A stretch of 64,000 nucleotides of DNA from Camelus ferus (taxonomy: Eukaryota): NCBI RefSeq assembly GCF_009834535.1, contig NC_045707.1, positions 64,358,001 through 64,422,000 of the forward strand. Reading direction: 5' to 3'. The translations under genes were made by a program, and so were the position numbers. The notes beneath the pieces are model-generated. The model did not search any database and was not told the DNA's origin. It saw nothing but the letters and a program-made list of their open reading frames with translations. Numbering within the stretch: position 1 is the stretch's first letter; each line of letters starts with the position of its first letter. This document shows, piece after piece, positions 1 to 12,792 of this stretch.

Positions 1-184
1 CAAGACATTTAAAATCATGGAATTTAAAAATATCTGCAGTTTATTTCAGTATATCTTTGCTTGAAAGACAATTATTCAGATGGGGGACGAAATGTAAAAT
101 GAAATAGAGATTAATAGTCAAAACCCTGAAGATTCCATTTTAATCAAATAATCTGGATAATTTATTGGACAAGTTAGTAGCGCT

Positions 185-830
185 GGAATTTTAGATAAAT
201 TAGATCTTGATTTGAGGGTCCGTTTTCCCTAGTTATAGCAACAATTAGACTTGTTTACCCTAAAAAATTGGGCTGCCATGGTCAGCTGAACATTGCATCA
301 CCATATGGACATTAGCTGAAAGGATCTCATAACATATCTGTGAGCTGTTTTGTTGAAGGTAAGCATGAACATTTTTCATATTTGCTAAGATTCTTTAAAT
401 TCTTTGGAGAACTTGAAGTCTTATAATATTTAATACCAAGTATTGTTCAAAGAAAAATGATCTAATACCAGGGACATTTAGAAAGGCTTTCATAAATACA
501 TTAAAATAGACTTGAGCTGTAAGACAGAAGTAAATGTGTCATGAAAATAAGAGAAAGAATACATGAGAATTTTTGGAAGTGAATGTATGCAGAGTTTCTT
601 CTAAGTCGGTCTTCAAAAAGGAACATGTTAGGTCATTGTAGTTTTTATGAGAAAACCGCTAAGGGAATACGTGGGGGAAATTGGAAATATACTTATCAGC
701 AATTCCGGATAACATGGTTTTGAAGATTAACTATTGGCCAAGGAAATGAAAACAGTGGGGCAAATGGCAAGCTAAATGAGTGTCTAACAGTCACTGAGGC
801 TTTAGAAGTCAAACAGAAACCAGAGGAAAT
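185..830 (+). mobile_element. Ancient CR1/L3 LINE reverse-transcriptase relic
   Basis: Degenerate peptides appear in order: LDKLD, LKNWAAMVS*TL, SFYEKTAKGIRGGN (640-681), INYWPRK*KQ..GANG. They resemble CR1 ORF2 motifs (LKELADVIAEPL, SFFDxVTKxVDEGN, WIxNWLxxRKQRVxING). Confidence 0.45.
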
Positions 831-1394
831 AGAGAACATGGGTTCAAGAAGAGAATCAATGAGGCAAAATAGGAAATGTGTGCTATTGGAATGACTATTA
901 ACAAAACATCAAACTGCTATACCTCTCTGAATAACACGGAACAGAAGCAGTAAATTCCCAAGGGTCTTCATTATGTTCAGTTATGTAACTTGTGAGTAAG
1001 GTATCTTGATTTTACGGTTAAACTGTCCCTACAGTAAAGCACTTAATAATATTGACAGCATTGCTGATCTACTGATGTATATAATGACTCAGTGTTAGAA
1101 ATTGGTCACATCAAAGGCTCATGAAGAAAATTGAAATGGGACCTTTTTTCTTAAAGGAGAAAATAAATTTATAGATTTTTAACTTCTGGAGCCTCATGGA
1201 AAATAAGCAAGAGGCATGTTTAAAGAATGTCATTCCAGACAATTACAAATGCCTTTCTTTTGAAAAAAATAGTTTAGGCTCTTATAAAATGATGATATGA
1301 CACCTTTACTGTTGAGTATTGTATTCTACTGGAAATCGCTCAGGCTATGGAATTGGGCAGCTAAGGTTACTTGCTGTTCATTATAATGCAAACT

Positions 1395-1530
1395 GTACAA
1401 TTAACTTAACCTCTGTGAACCTCCATTTCCTCATCTGTAAAATGGGAATGATAAAAGTATTTACTCTATCATGTTCTGTCAGAAAATAACATATTCAGTG
1501 TCTCTAGCTCGTGTCTAGTTAGCATGGAAC
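1395..1530 (+). mobile_element. MIR SINE fragment
   Basis: MIR core: cttaacctctgtgaacctccatttcctcatctgtaaaatgggaatgataa. Confidence 0.75.
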
Positions 1531-4500
1531 ATTGAGCAAAGACAAACGTTATAACGAATTTGTTATTATGGTTTTAAAACAAACACTTTGGAGGAATAAA
1601 TACTGGAATGAGACTATTCTGACAACAGTAGGTATCAGGCAAGTTATGGAATCTGGCCCAAGATATTATGACGAGATCTTTTACCCAAAGGGAAGGTTAG
1701 ATTCAACATAACATAGGGCAATTACTAGAACAAAGAAATCTATTTCGTCATCACACTCCAATAATTTTAAATTCTTCAATCAACTCATTACAAATATATG
1801 TTTATTTAATATATGCTCTAAATAATAGCAACTTATCAAGTTATTCAGTATCCCAAAGAATAAGACTTTTGCAACATGAGTAAGTCTCATAGGAGAATAA
1901 AACGAGTGCCTTAGAGAAAACATTAGCTGTTCTATAAAGGATGCACTGTTATATTTCATATGTTCTTATGATTAAAAAGAGAGATAACTTAGCTTTTGCA
2001 TCTACTCATTGTATTAATAACAGTGGGGCAATTTTTCCTGCAATTATTCTGATACAATATGAAAAGCCAACAGGTACAGAAATTAGTTTCACTTGAAAGG
2101 GAAGAAATCCCAGTTGTGAGAAGGAGAATGGTGCCATTGTAATCTCCATTTTCTGTCGAAGGTTAGAACAAAAATGCAAACATCAAAAAAAAAAAAAAAT
2201 TACCATTGTATCTTCTGCCACAGAGAGAACTCTTTGGAAATTCTCTCTTGATAGCATTTTGGGAAATTCTGTCTTTATAGCATTTGTTCCACAGCATCGT
2301 CAGAGCTTTGCACAGTGAATTCTACGGAGTGCAGAAGTTGCTGCCCCATAATTGAAGACTCCCGCTGTTACCGACACCTTCTCCTCCCTTTCTCACTACA
2401 GGAGACTACGTCTCGAGCAGTGGTCCCACGGAAGATCACAGTCCCAATGAGACCCACACCACCCTATTTATTTGTAAGCTCTGAGGAATAAATACCTATT
2501 GACCCCTCACTTCGGGAATCTTTGGCCAGAAAATCTAATGAAAAAGAAAGTATTGATTATTCTTTTAGTGGTAAGCTGGTGTCTCTGGTCATCTGTTTAT
2601 GAGGAACACAGGCTAGGGATTATGTCTTTTAGACAGTATTAGGTTAGTTTCATTTCTTACGGCTTAGTGGTTCAACCTGGCTTCTTCTGGGTGGACTCAA
2701 AGCAGATGTTCGTTCAGGTCACCACCTTGGTCAGTTTCATATCCACTGGAAACAGACTTTAATTTAGTGCTGATAGATAGCATGTCTCATCTTAGGGTAA
2801 TTTCATATGTTCAAACCAAATTCTTAATCTTTGCCATAAAAATATGAAAGGATCAGGCATAAAAGCATCTAGCTTCCCTTGAGATCCTAAAGTTGGCATC
2901 AACCGGTGATCAACCAGTCTTCAGATCTGATCTGAAAAAGGTAAGATCCTCGTAGGTACGTAACTGCATTAAGCTTCTAAGAAAAGGAGATGGGGAAACC
3001 TTTGACACCACCTGAGCTCATAAGTCTTAAGAAACCTAGACTCAGAAACATGGGACAAAATCAGGTACCTGGTATCCATCACTAAGTAAGGAGCTCTAGG
3101 GTGAGTCTCGTATAGACCGGGAAGAGAACAGAGGTACATTAGTGAGCAAGGTAACAATTCTACGTGTGATACACTGGCAGACCGTGTACATGGAGTGGCA
3201 CGCACTCATTTATTCATTCATCCAGCAAATATTCATTGTCTTTCCATCAAATGCCTTGCTCTGTGCTGCACTACGGAGATGCCAGGATATTCACCTTGGC
3301 ACAATGCCTGCTCTTAAGAACTCAGAGTTAAGGAAAATAAAGTCTCTGATGTACCTGATTTTAGTGTATCTTCAAGCACTGAAAAGAGAGTTGTACAAAA
3401 AGAACTTCAGAGGAAACCATATGGTGGGTCTCTAGTCATTCATAATAAGAAGGAATTGAGTCAGATAATTTCTCTCTTTTCTTTCAGCTTCTCAAAATTC
3501 CACAGTTTTGTTTCACATCTACAAATAATCTGTAAATAGACTGTAAACCCATTTTTAAATCATAAAAAATTTTTGTTCTGGTTTGTTAATCACAAAAATA
3601 CCTCTTTTTTCAATGTCACGAAGATAATGCTTTGGAAAGCATCCCTTCATAGCTTGTTTTAAGTCTCACGTTTGTATCCTTATCATTTTTAATTTTTCTT
3701 ATTGTTTTGTGCATAACTTTATTTTCATGTTGATATAAGGCTGATGCTTCTGTTATCACTTTTAAAACAGATCTGTCCATTTTAAAATTAAAACTGAGGG
3801 ATGTGTAGAGATCATTGATCTGCTGCAGTTTCGGTCTAGCTTCCGATGGGTGGGGGCAGGAGGAGGAGAGGTGGAGGGGAGGGGTGGGGGAGGGGCTGCC
3901 TTTTATTTCATTTCAATTCAGAGAACGTCTACTCTGGGCACTATAATAGGACTTGATGTACAGTGACAAACTGGAAGATAATTATTTTGAAGAGATGAGA
4001 TACCCATGTGGCTGGTAAACCAGGCTAAAAGATTATCTGCCCTTAGAGATTCTTGGCTCTAAGCTGAATCGTTAAATATCAGCACATATGTAAACAAATG
4101 GTATCACACAGTCACATGCCCTGCTGAGATCCTACTGTGTGCCAGATAACTGGTCTACTGTCGATCCTCAGACCAACCACTCACATTAATAAACTGCCAG
4201 GAGTGCTGGAACAACCCAGTGTGGGTTTTTCAGCTTCCTCCAGAATTTATCCCGATTGAGTCCAGTTTGCCTGTTCTGGCCTCCTGCTCCGTGCACTTGT
4301 CTGTGTAGTTTTCAGATTCCCGTTTGGCACGGATCTTGGCTTCTCATGCTTGGCTCAGGATCCCCCACTGCTTTTAGACAAAATTCCCGGCTCAAAAGTT
4401 CCTGGTCATTACCCCTCAAAGAAAAAGCTGGTATTTGTCCTTGTGACCTAAGTATTGCATGCTGTGAATAAGAGACACTATCGACATCTGCTGTTGTGTC

Positions 4501-6064
4501 AAAATACACGGAACGCTGGGGCCAGCCCTCCAGAAGCAGCTAGACTCCGGATACACTTGAATCACTGTTTCATACAAGGCTTCGTGACCGGGTCCCTGTT
4601 ATCTTCCTACAGACGTTCTCCTCCTCCACTTGACATGTTCTGCAATGAACACTACCTGTCACATCCTCTTACATACTTCATCTACTCTGGCAATTCTGAG
4701 TCTTTGTAGACTGAAATGTTTTCTCTGCTGTCTTCGCATTCTCGGGGTTCCTACATGTCTTTCGGAGTCAGCTGGAGAGTCATTTCCTTGAGGAAGCGTT
4801 CTGGCATCTCCAGGCCAAGTGAGGTCATCCTCTTCTGTGACCTCCACATCAGGTAATTTACTGTTCAGTAATTGCTTCACTTTTTGATCTGTTTCCCAAA
4901 TCTACTATGATTCTGTTGTCTTATTAGGCAGCATCTTGTTCAGCTCTGCATCCCTGGTGCCTGGGGCAGGAACTGGAATGAAGTATGTGCTTCATTAAGT
5001 GTGGACTGGGTGTGTGAGTATGTTTGTAATGATGACGCCTTGGCTGCTGAATGTCACGCTTGTGGGGCTGTTCATGGGATAGTGTCAGGTTCAGAAACGC
5101 TTCACCTTCCCCCCTTAATAATTAAATCACCTTCTCCTGCTACCGCCTGCTCTTCTCAGGTTTTCATAAGAATAAATATTGAATATTTGGATTTTCCCAT
5201 CTGGTGCTTGGCGATGTTTCTTTGCTATAAACACTTTTCTCGGCACTTGTTTCTTCTGCTGGGATACCAGTGTTCATCCCGTCAACACACTGTTACGTGT
5301 GGGAAGTATTTTACCAAGTACCCAAGCACCGTATTGTGATTGTTTAATTACCCATTATTATGACAATGCCTTCTGCCACCTCACTCCATCAGATCTTCCA
5401 TCAGAGTCCTTCAAACTCAGCATAATCCTTCATTGCTGGAGACTTACAGCCTTCTCTTGAATTAGCCATCCTCATACATTAGCTTGGTGTTTCTCAGATT
5501 TGTTCAGGTGGCAGAATGCCTGGAAAAATGATGCTTGCTGATGTCATGAATTCCCATTTAAAGGAGAAGCAATTTTAGTCACAGAAAACATGGCTATATT
5601 CTATGTACATGAGATAAAAGTCACAAAATCACATATCCTTGGAAAAGAATGAGATTGAACTAGACATAATTATTGCAGTAATTTCTTTCTTTGTTGTGGA
5701 AAAAATTGCTTAGAAATATTCTACATAAAAAAAAATTCTATGTGAAGACTCAATACTTACGATGGGCCAGAATGTCTCCCTGGGTCGAAGGTAGTTTGTA
5801 TATTTTGGAGTGGGTTAATTACTTTATACTTTGCGAAGTGCTCTTTCAAACAGAGTTTCTATGGAACACATATGTTTCTCCACTAAACTGAATAATAGAA
5901 TTTTTTCTAATTTATAAGTAAAGTTAATGAATATCATTTAGTCCATTTTGTGGTTTTTCTCTCGTGATTATTCTTCACTTTTTGATTCTTTTCATGTCAT
6001 CTGCTAGTAGGTGACAAAATGAATTTACAAGTAATGAATGAGTGTTAATGCGAACTCCCTAATG

Positions 6065-6240
6065 ATAATAATAATAATAACCACCCTTAATCATCTATTC
6101 TGTGTGTACTAAGCACTATGTTAAGAGTTTTATTTATACACATTGTATAATGTAGCTCTCCCACTAACACCAGGGGATTCTATTTCCATTTTACAGATGA
6201 GGAAACTGAGGCTAGAGAGACTAAATAACGTGTCTAATGC
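6065..6240 (-). mobile_element. MIR SINE fragment
   Basis: Reverse core: ccattttacagatgaggaaactgaggct. Confidence 0.8.
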
Positions 6241-7764
6241 CCCTTAAAGTTTCTGTTTCTTCTTCATCAGTCTCTTACCCTGAATTTCAGATATTCTCTG
6301 GGAATTATATTGATGTGAACAGAGGAGATTATTTGAATTAAATTTCTTTGTGATATATTCATGTGATGGAAAAAAATTAACCCAGAACCTTTTTAGGCTG
6401 CGTTTCGTAAAGCTTTTATTTTTGTTTCTAGTTTTGTTGGAGAGAGGGTCATCCTCATTTTTGCCAGGAAGGAAGATGTGAATCGAACTTGAATTCCATT
6501 AACAGTGAATGGTCTGTTGTGACAAGGATTCTGTAGTTTTAGCGAGGTTTTCTCAGTTAATTCTCAATTTACCTGCCCGCTTTCAAACTCTGTTTCCTTC
6601 ACTCGTGGGATGCTGACCTGAGTGGTTTTGTTCTAACTCATGAGGCTTGAATAAAAAGCAGGTGCAGGAAAGAATAATAAATTAGGACCCAATTCATGGA
6701 ATGATATATTTTCCTCCTTTGAAAGATAAATAGAGTTTTCCGGATTTATAGCTACCAAGGAGCTTTTATTGACACATGAAATTCTGAACATCATTTAGAT
6801 AAATCATTGAGTTTTGCCCAGTCCCATCACATAATTTGTGATGCTTTCCAGTGCCTCTGAGTCTGGAAATCAATGACTGACTTGTACTTATCAGCATATG
6901 CCATTCTTCATCTGTGACAGAAAGAGCATAGGAAATAGATTCCTGTTAATTTTTAATAAGATTCACAAATAACATCCCTTTGGGGCAGAGAAAAGAATAG
7001 AGCTGTGCGTAGAGTTTACTTGAAGATGCATTAAAAACCCACATCAAATATCCATCAGGACACAGTGTTCTCACAGGTCTGGTCCAAATAGCCATCCACA
7101 GGGGCACCGGTTTGCTTAAAATGTGTCTCAGGGAGGGTACGCCCGTCACAGACAGCTCACCATCTGTGGCTTTCCACTAATGCTGAGCCGGTGTGAACTC
7201 TTTCCTAAGTCTGCCTCCACAGGCCTGCTCTCTGCTCTCCCAGCAAGACTGGGAAGGTCACAGTGGTGAACAAATGACCCGACCCCTTCTCCGTTCTGTG
7301 ATGCCTTATGTCTTAGGGCACACTTAGTGGCTTAAGGACAGTCTCATGGCATTTTTAAAAAGCTATGAGATATACGTACTGTGCGATGGCAAGGCATAAC
7401 ACAGTGGATCATTGCTAAAATGCTGATCTTGAGGAACAAAGTAACACCTGCCCGGTGATGCTGAATATTGTTAATTGCTCTTGCCTTTAGATGTTGTCCG
7501 AGACTTGACGCTTTTCATCCCTCATCCACTCTCTTCTCTTTGATGTTGATGTTACTCAGACTTCAATATCGTCACCTATTGCTCTTTTTAATTCACATAC
7601 TGCTAATCAGTTGTCTGATTCAGTCTGATGCCTTTATCCTTTACCTGTATGCTTTTGCCTTCAGTCCTAGCCTCCTCTCCCCTGTGATCCAGTCATAGAA
7701 ATCTAAATATAGCTGTACACCTGCAACTTGACAGGACCTGTTATCTCTGCCCTCTCTCCATCTT

Positions 7765-7905
7765 TTCATTTCCCTGTTGGCCATCTGTGTGTCTTCTTTG
7801 GCAAAATATCTATTCAGGTCCTCTGCCCACTTTTTCATCTTTTTTTTTTTTTTTTTGATGTCGAGTTGTATGAATCCTTTGTGTATTTTGGATATTAACC
7901 CTTAT
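7765..7905 (-). mobile_element. Short L1 ORF2 3' fragment
   Basis: The minus strand encodes [21 protein letters not shown], a typical L1 ORF2 C-terminal motif. Confidence 0.8.
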
Positions 7906-8214
7906 GGATATACTTTTGATGTAAGGAGATTAGGCTGCTTTGAAAAGTCTTTCTCTTCTGAGAGTAGAGCAACATTTTGTTGATCTATGTCTTCTTGCTT
8001 ATTGGCCTCCCAGTGACAAGAAAAAAGCACACATATTTATAAAATAGCGGATTGAGTGTGTTTGTGGTGACGTAAGAGAAAGAAACAAACTGGCCTGCAC
8101 AGACACTGAGTGGAGGGCGTCACTGAATCGTGTTCTGATTCACCAAAAGAGAGATCAGCACCTCTGGTACATTTTTTAGGCACAGAATTTCACTCTGTCT
8201 TTTTCTCTTAATAA

Positions 8215-11200
8215 GGCAGAAATGGTAAAATCGGAGAAATGTGACCACTTCTCAAGTGAAAAATATAATCAGTAGGTCAAATCCCAAGATGACTCAGATG
8301 TTGGAATTACCAGTAGACTTCAAAGCAGTAACTATTTTCCGGGAGGTAAAGTTAAACACGCTAGAAATGAATAAAAAGATAGAAATTTTCAGCCAAGAAA
8401 TTATAAAAAAGAATCAAATGGATACTTTAGAATCAAAAAATCGTATTTGTAACAATTCACTGGATTGGCTTAATTGCAGATTTGAAATGACAAAAGAGTC
8501 AGTGAAATTGAAAATAGAATAATACATATTACAGTCTAAAGAACTGAGTGAAAAAATTATGGAAAAACATGAACAGAACCTCAGGGAAATGTGGGTCAAC
8601 ATCAAAACGACCAATATTCATATGATTGGAGTCACAGAAGGAGAGGAAAAAAGTGCAGAAAATGTATATTAAAAAATAGTGGCTAAAATTTCCCCAAATT
8701 TGGACAAAATTATAAATTTATAGATTCAAGAATCTCGTTACCCCCAAACAGGATAAACTAAAACAAACAAACAAAAATCCTTTGCCAAGACACATTGCTG
8801 CTGAAAATCAAAAATAAGGAAAAAAATCTTGAAAGCAAGGAAAAAAAACCTACATTGCACAGAAGATTAACTGTGGGCAATTTTTTTGCACACCAATTAA
8901 GCATCACTAAAGCCGGATAAATGGCATATATCTGGGTAAATATAAAGGACTGCTTTTTAAGATCTTCGAAATATGTATGACTGTTAAAAGCAAAAATTAT
9001 CACATTTCTGATGGGTTTCAATGTATGCAAAAGTAATATATATGTGATTTACAAGATCAGGCTCAAGGAACCTGTATGGGTGTTAAGTCTTCTGCATTTT
9101 ACTTGAAATAGCAGCAGAATAATGACTCTAAATAGACTATGAAATGGAGATATGTATATTTTCACTCCCTGGAGCAGCCACTAAAGAAATGATATAAAGA
9201 GAATTAGCCAATGGCCAATAGGTGAACTTAAATGGAATATAAAAAATAGTCCAATAATCTAAAAGAAGGAAGGGAAGGAGGCACAGAGGAACATAAAAAG
9301 AGGGGACAAACAAAAACCAAATAATAAAATGGTAGTGCTATATCTAGTTACATCAGTAATTACATTAAATGTAAATGGTCTGAACAAAACAGTCAAAATA
9401 GAGATTGTTAGATTGTATTAATTAAAAAAAGAAAGAAGAGCTGACTATATAATGTCTGCAAGTATCTCACATTAAAAATAAAGATGTAGCTGACGGGGAG
9501 GGTATAGCTCAGTGGTAAAGTGAGCATGCACAAGGTCCTGGGTTCAAACCCCAGTACCTCCTCTAAAAATAAATAAACAAGTAAACCTAATTACCTGCCC
9601 CCTCAAAAAAATAAATAAATAAAAATTTTAAAAAACTTTAAAAAAATCAAGTAAAATAAAGATGTAGCTGAATCAAAAGATAGACTACGTAAATGCTAAT
9701 CAAAAGAGAGTTGGAGTAACTTTAGTATCAGTAAAACATACTTCAGAGCAAGGAATATTTCCAGTGAGAAAAAGGGTTAAGAAGAACATTGCATAATGAT
9801 AAAAATGTCAATTCTGCAAGATAGAACAATCCTTTATGCACCTGGCAAGAGATCTTCCCAATACATGAAGAAAAAATTGATTCACCTAAGAGGAGAAATG
9901 TAGAAATCTACACATATGCTTGGAGAATTCTATACACATCCGTCAGTAATCAGTATAACCAGTAGACCAAAAAAAAAAAAAAAATTGGTAAAAACATAGA
10001 ACATCTGAACAACATTCTGAAACAACTTGACCTAATTAACATTTCTAAAACATTCCACACAACACCAAATACACATTTTTTTTCAAGTGCACATGGAACA
10101 TCTTCTAACATCTGTGTATTCTTGGCATAAAGCAGTCTTGAACAAATTTAAAATAACTGAAATCATACAGTGTATACTCTCAGATCATAATGGAATTCAG
10201 TCAGAAAATAGTAATAGAAAAATACCTGGAAAATTCTCAAATATTTGGAAATTAAACCACACCCTTCTAAATAACCTATAAATTGAAGGCAAGATTATGT
10301 AACAAATTTGAAATTAATTTGAATTGAATGAAAATAAAAATACAAATAAATTTGGGGGGGCAGCAGCTAACATAGCGATTGTTTATAGCACGAAATGCTT
10401 ATATTACAAAAGGTCACAAATTAAAGATCTAGGCTTCTACCTTAAGAAATTAGAAAAAAAGGAGTAAATTAAATCCAAAGCAAACAGGAGAAGGAATAAT
10501 GACAAAAGTAGAAATCTTTGAAATTAAAAAGGAATAGGGGAAAATCAATGAAACCAAAGTCCTGTTCTAAGAAAAAGATCAATGAAATTGATAAGACTCT
10601 ATCCAACTGGCTGATTAATAAATATGACTATAGTAAAATTAAAAACTTTTGACCAAAATACACTAAAAATGAAAAGAAAAGATCACACAATAACAAAATT
10701 TTTGCATCATAAAAATCAAATGCTTAGTGAATTTTAGGATATATGGAAAACTTCTAAAAATCAATTAAAAAAATAGATAAAGGATACAAAAAGTCAATTC
10801 ACAGGATAGTAAATACTGTTGACCATTAAACATTTTAAAACATGCTCTTACTAGTAGTCAAGAAAAGACGAATTTTAAAAATGAGATACCATGGCCTATG
10901 CATTAATTTGGCAAAATAATTGGTAAGTACAACACTGATGTGTGGGTGGAGCCATTGCAAAACTGATACTCTTGTACATTGCTGTTGCAAATGTAAATTG
11001 CTACCAACACTATGTAGAGCAATTTAGTGATTAGAAGGTAAAGATGCTGATAGCCTGCGAGTGAGCAATTTAACTTTTATGTGTGTGCCTTGGAGGAACT
11101 ATGATAGACATGCCTGGAAAACATGTGCAAGGATGCATGAAAATAAAAAAAGACTTATTTGTAATAGAAGAATAAAGTGGAAACAATTTAGCTTTATAGA

Positions 11201-11350
11201 ATATAAGGCCAGTTAGTAAATCTTAAAATAAAAAATTATTGCATATTATTTATGTATACTACAGTAAAGTTCAAAGATAGAATAAGGAACTATGAAATCA
11301 CGATCATCATCACATTTGAGCAGGAAGGTAATAGGCATGAAAAAGAAGCT
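8215..11350 (+). mobile_element. Old, internally deleted L1 (L1M-type): ORF1 remnant, endonuclease remnant and 3' portion
   Basis: ORF1-like coiled-coil remnants at 8241-8850. Endonuclease start ISVITLNVNGLN near 9350-9390. EIIQCILSDHNGI...WKLNHTLLNN at 10087-10281. Many stops and frameshifts. Confidence 0.8.
9494..9652 (+). mobile_element. tRNA-derived SINE (camelid-type) inserted in old L1
   Basis: Head ggggagggtatagctcagtggt (A box) ... ggttcaaaccc (B box), with an A-rich tail. Perfect 19-bp TSD aaaataaagatgtagctga at 9475-9493 and 9653-9671. Confidence 0.9.
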
Positions 11351-11393
11351 ATATTTGTGAATTTTTTTTTTGTTTTTAAATAAAAAGAAACCA

Positions 11394-11777
11394 AGAGAAA
11401 GAAAAATACCATATGATATCACTCATAAGTGAAATCTAAAAAAAAAAAAGCCGAAGACATATGAACTTGAATATAAAACAGAAACAGACTCATAGACATA
11501 GAATACAAACTTGTGGTTGCCAGTGAGGAGATGGGTGGGTAGGGATAGACTGGGAATTCGAGATTTATAAGATACTGACAGGTGTATATAGAATAGATGA
11601 ACAAGTTTACACTGCATAGCGTAGGAAATATATACAAGATCTTGTGGTAGCTCACGGTGAAAAAGAGTGTGAAAATGAATATATGTGTATTCATGTATGA
11701 CTGAAAAATTGTGCTCTATGCTGGAAATTGACACAACATTGTAAACTGACTATAACTCAATTAAAAAAAAAAAAGAG
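11394..11777 (+). mobile_element. Young L1 3' end (5'-truncated)
   Basis: L1 3'UTR (acagactcatagacatagaatacaaac...ctgactataactcaat) plus poly(A). Flanked by agaaacca at 11386-11393 and 11778-11785. Confidence 0.88.
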
Positions 11778-12239
11778 AGAAACCAGAAGCAAAAAATAGT
11801 AATAATTATTAAAAAGAAAAGGAGTACCACAATTATGTATAGCTTCTATTTATACAGTTCATTTTACAGTCCTTTTTACCCAGTGGGTTTTTTTGTGATG
11901 ATAATTTCAGTGTTAAGTCAACTGAGTTATCCAGGGATAATGAAAAAAGGGAACAGATGTCCCTCATCCATCCCCTGATCTTAGCTCTCATTCCTAGGAT
12001 AGGCAGGATCCTGATTTGGAAGGTTCTTCCTAATTTACTGAGTTGCAGTGTGACTCAGAATCTCTGATGTCCCATTCCTGACACCTGGTTTTGACACATT
12101 AGAATTTCTTCTTTTAATGGGGCAATGGCTTCACCAGTGCTAGACCTGATGGGGCTGTGTTAGGGATTTGTAACTTTCTTCTGTACATGTTTTCAAGCAT
12201 TTTAGAGGGCAAGTGAGTGTCATTTGAATGCCTTTTCTT

Positions 12240-12792
12240 TTATTTATTGTTTATTGAGTTATAGTCAGTCTACAATGCTGTGTCAACCTCTGGTGTACAG
12301 CACAATTTTTCAGTCATACATGAACATGCATACACTCATTCTTATATTATTTTTCCCCATGAGCTACTACAAGATCTTGACTATATTTCCCTGTGCTATA
12401 CAGTATAAACTTATTTATCTATTCTATATATACCTGTCAGTATCTGCAAATCTCGAACTCCCAGTCTGTCCCTTCCCACCCACCCTCTCCCCTGGCAACC
12501 ACAAGTTTGTAGTCTATGTCTGTGAGTCTGTTTCTGTTTTATATTTATGGTCATTTGTCTTCTGCTTTATTTTTTTTAGATTCCACATATGAGTGATATC
12601 ATATGGTATTTTTCTTTCTCTTTCTGGCTTAGTTCACTTAGAATGACATTCTCCAGTGACATCCATGTTGCTGCAAATGGCATTATGTTGTCATTTTCAT
12701 GGCTGAATAGTATTCCAATGTATAAATATACCGCAACTTCTTTATCCGGTCATCTGTCGATAGACATTTAGGTTGTTTCCATGTCTTGGCTA
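12240..12792 (-). mobile_element. Young L1 3' end (5'-truncated)
   Basis: Reverse complement of the same L1 3'UTR family. TSD ttgaatg(c/a)cttttctt at 12224-12239 and 12793-12808. Confidence 0.88.

Noticed and set aside
2234..2285. Short two-copy tandem duplications (also ~26156-26225, 37879-37940, 58014-58043)
   Set aside because: Local slippage duplications with 2-3 imperfect copies and no spacer architecture. They are not CRISPR-like and have no evident function.
9494..9560. Possible tRNA genes (also at 35482 and 51236)
   Set aside because: A and B boxes are present but are followed by a SINE body, A-rich tail and TSDs, and the cloverleaf is disrupted. These are SINEs, not tRNAs.
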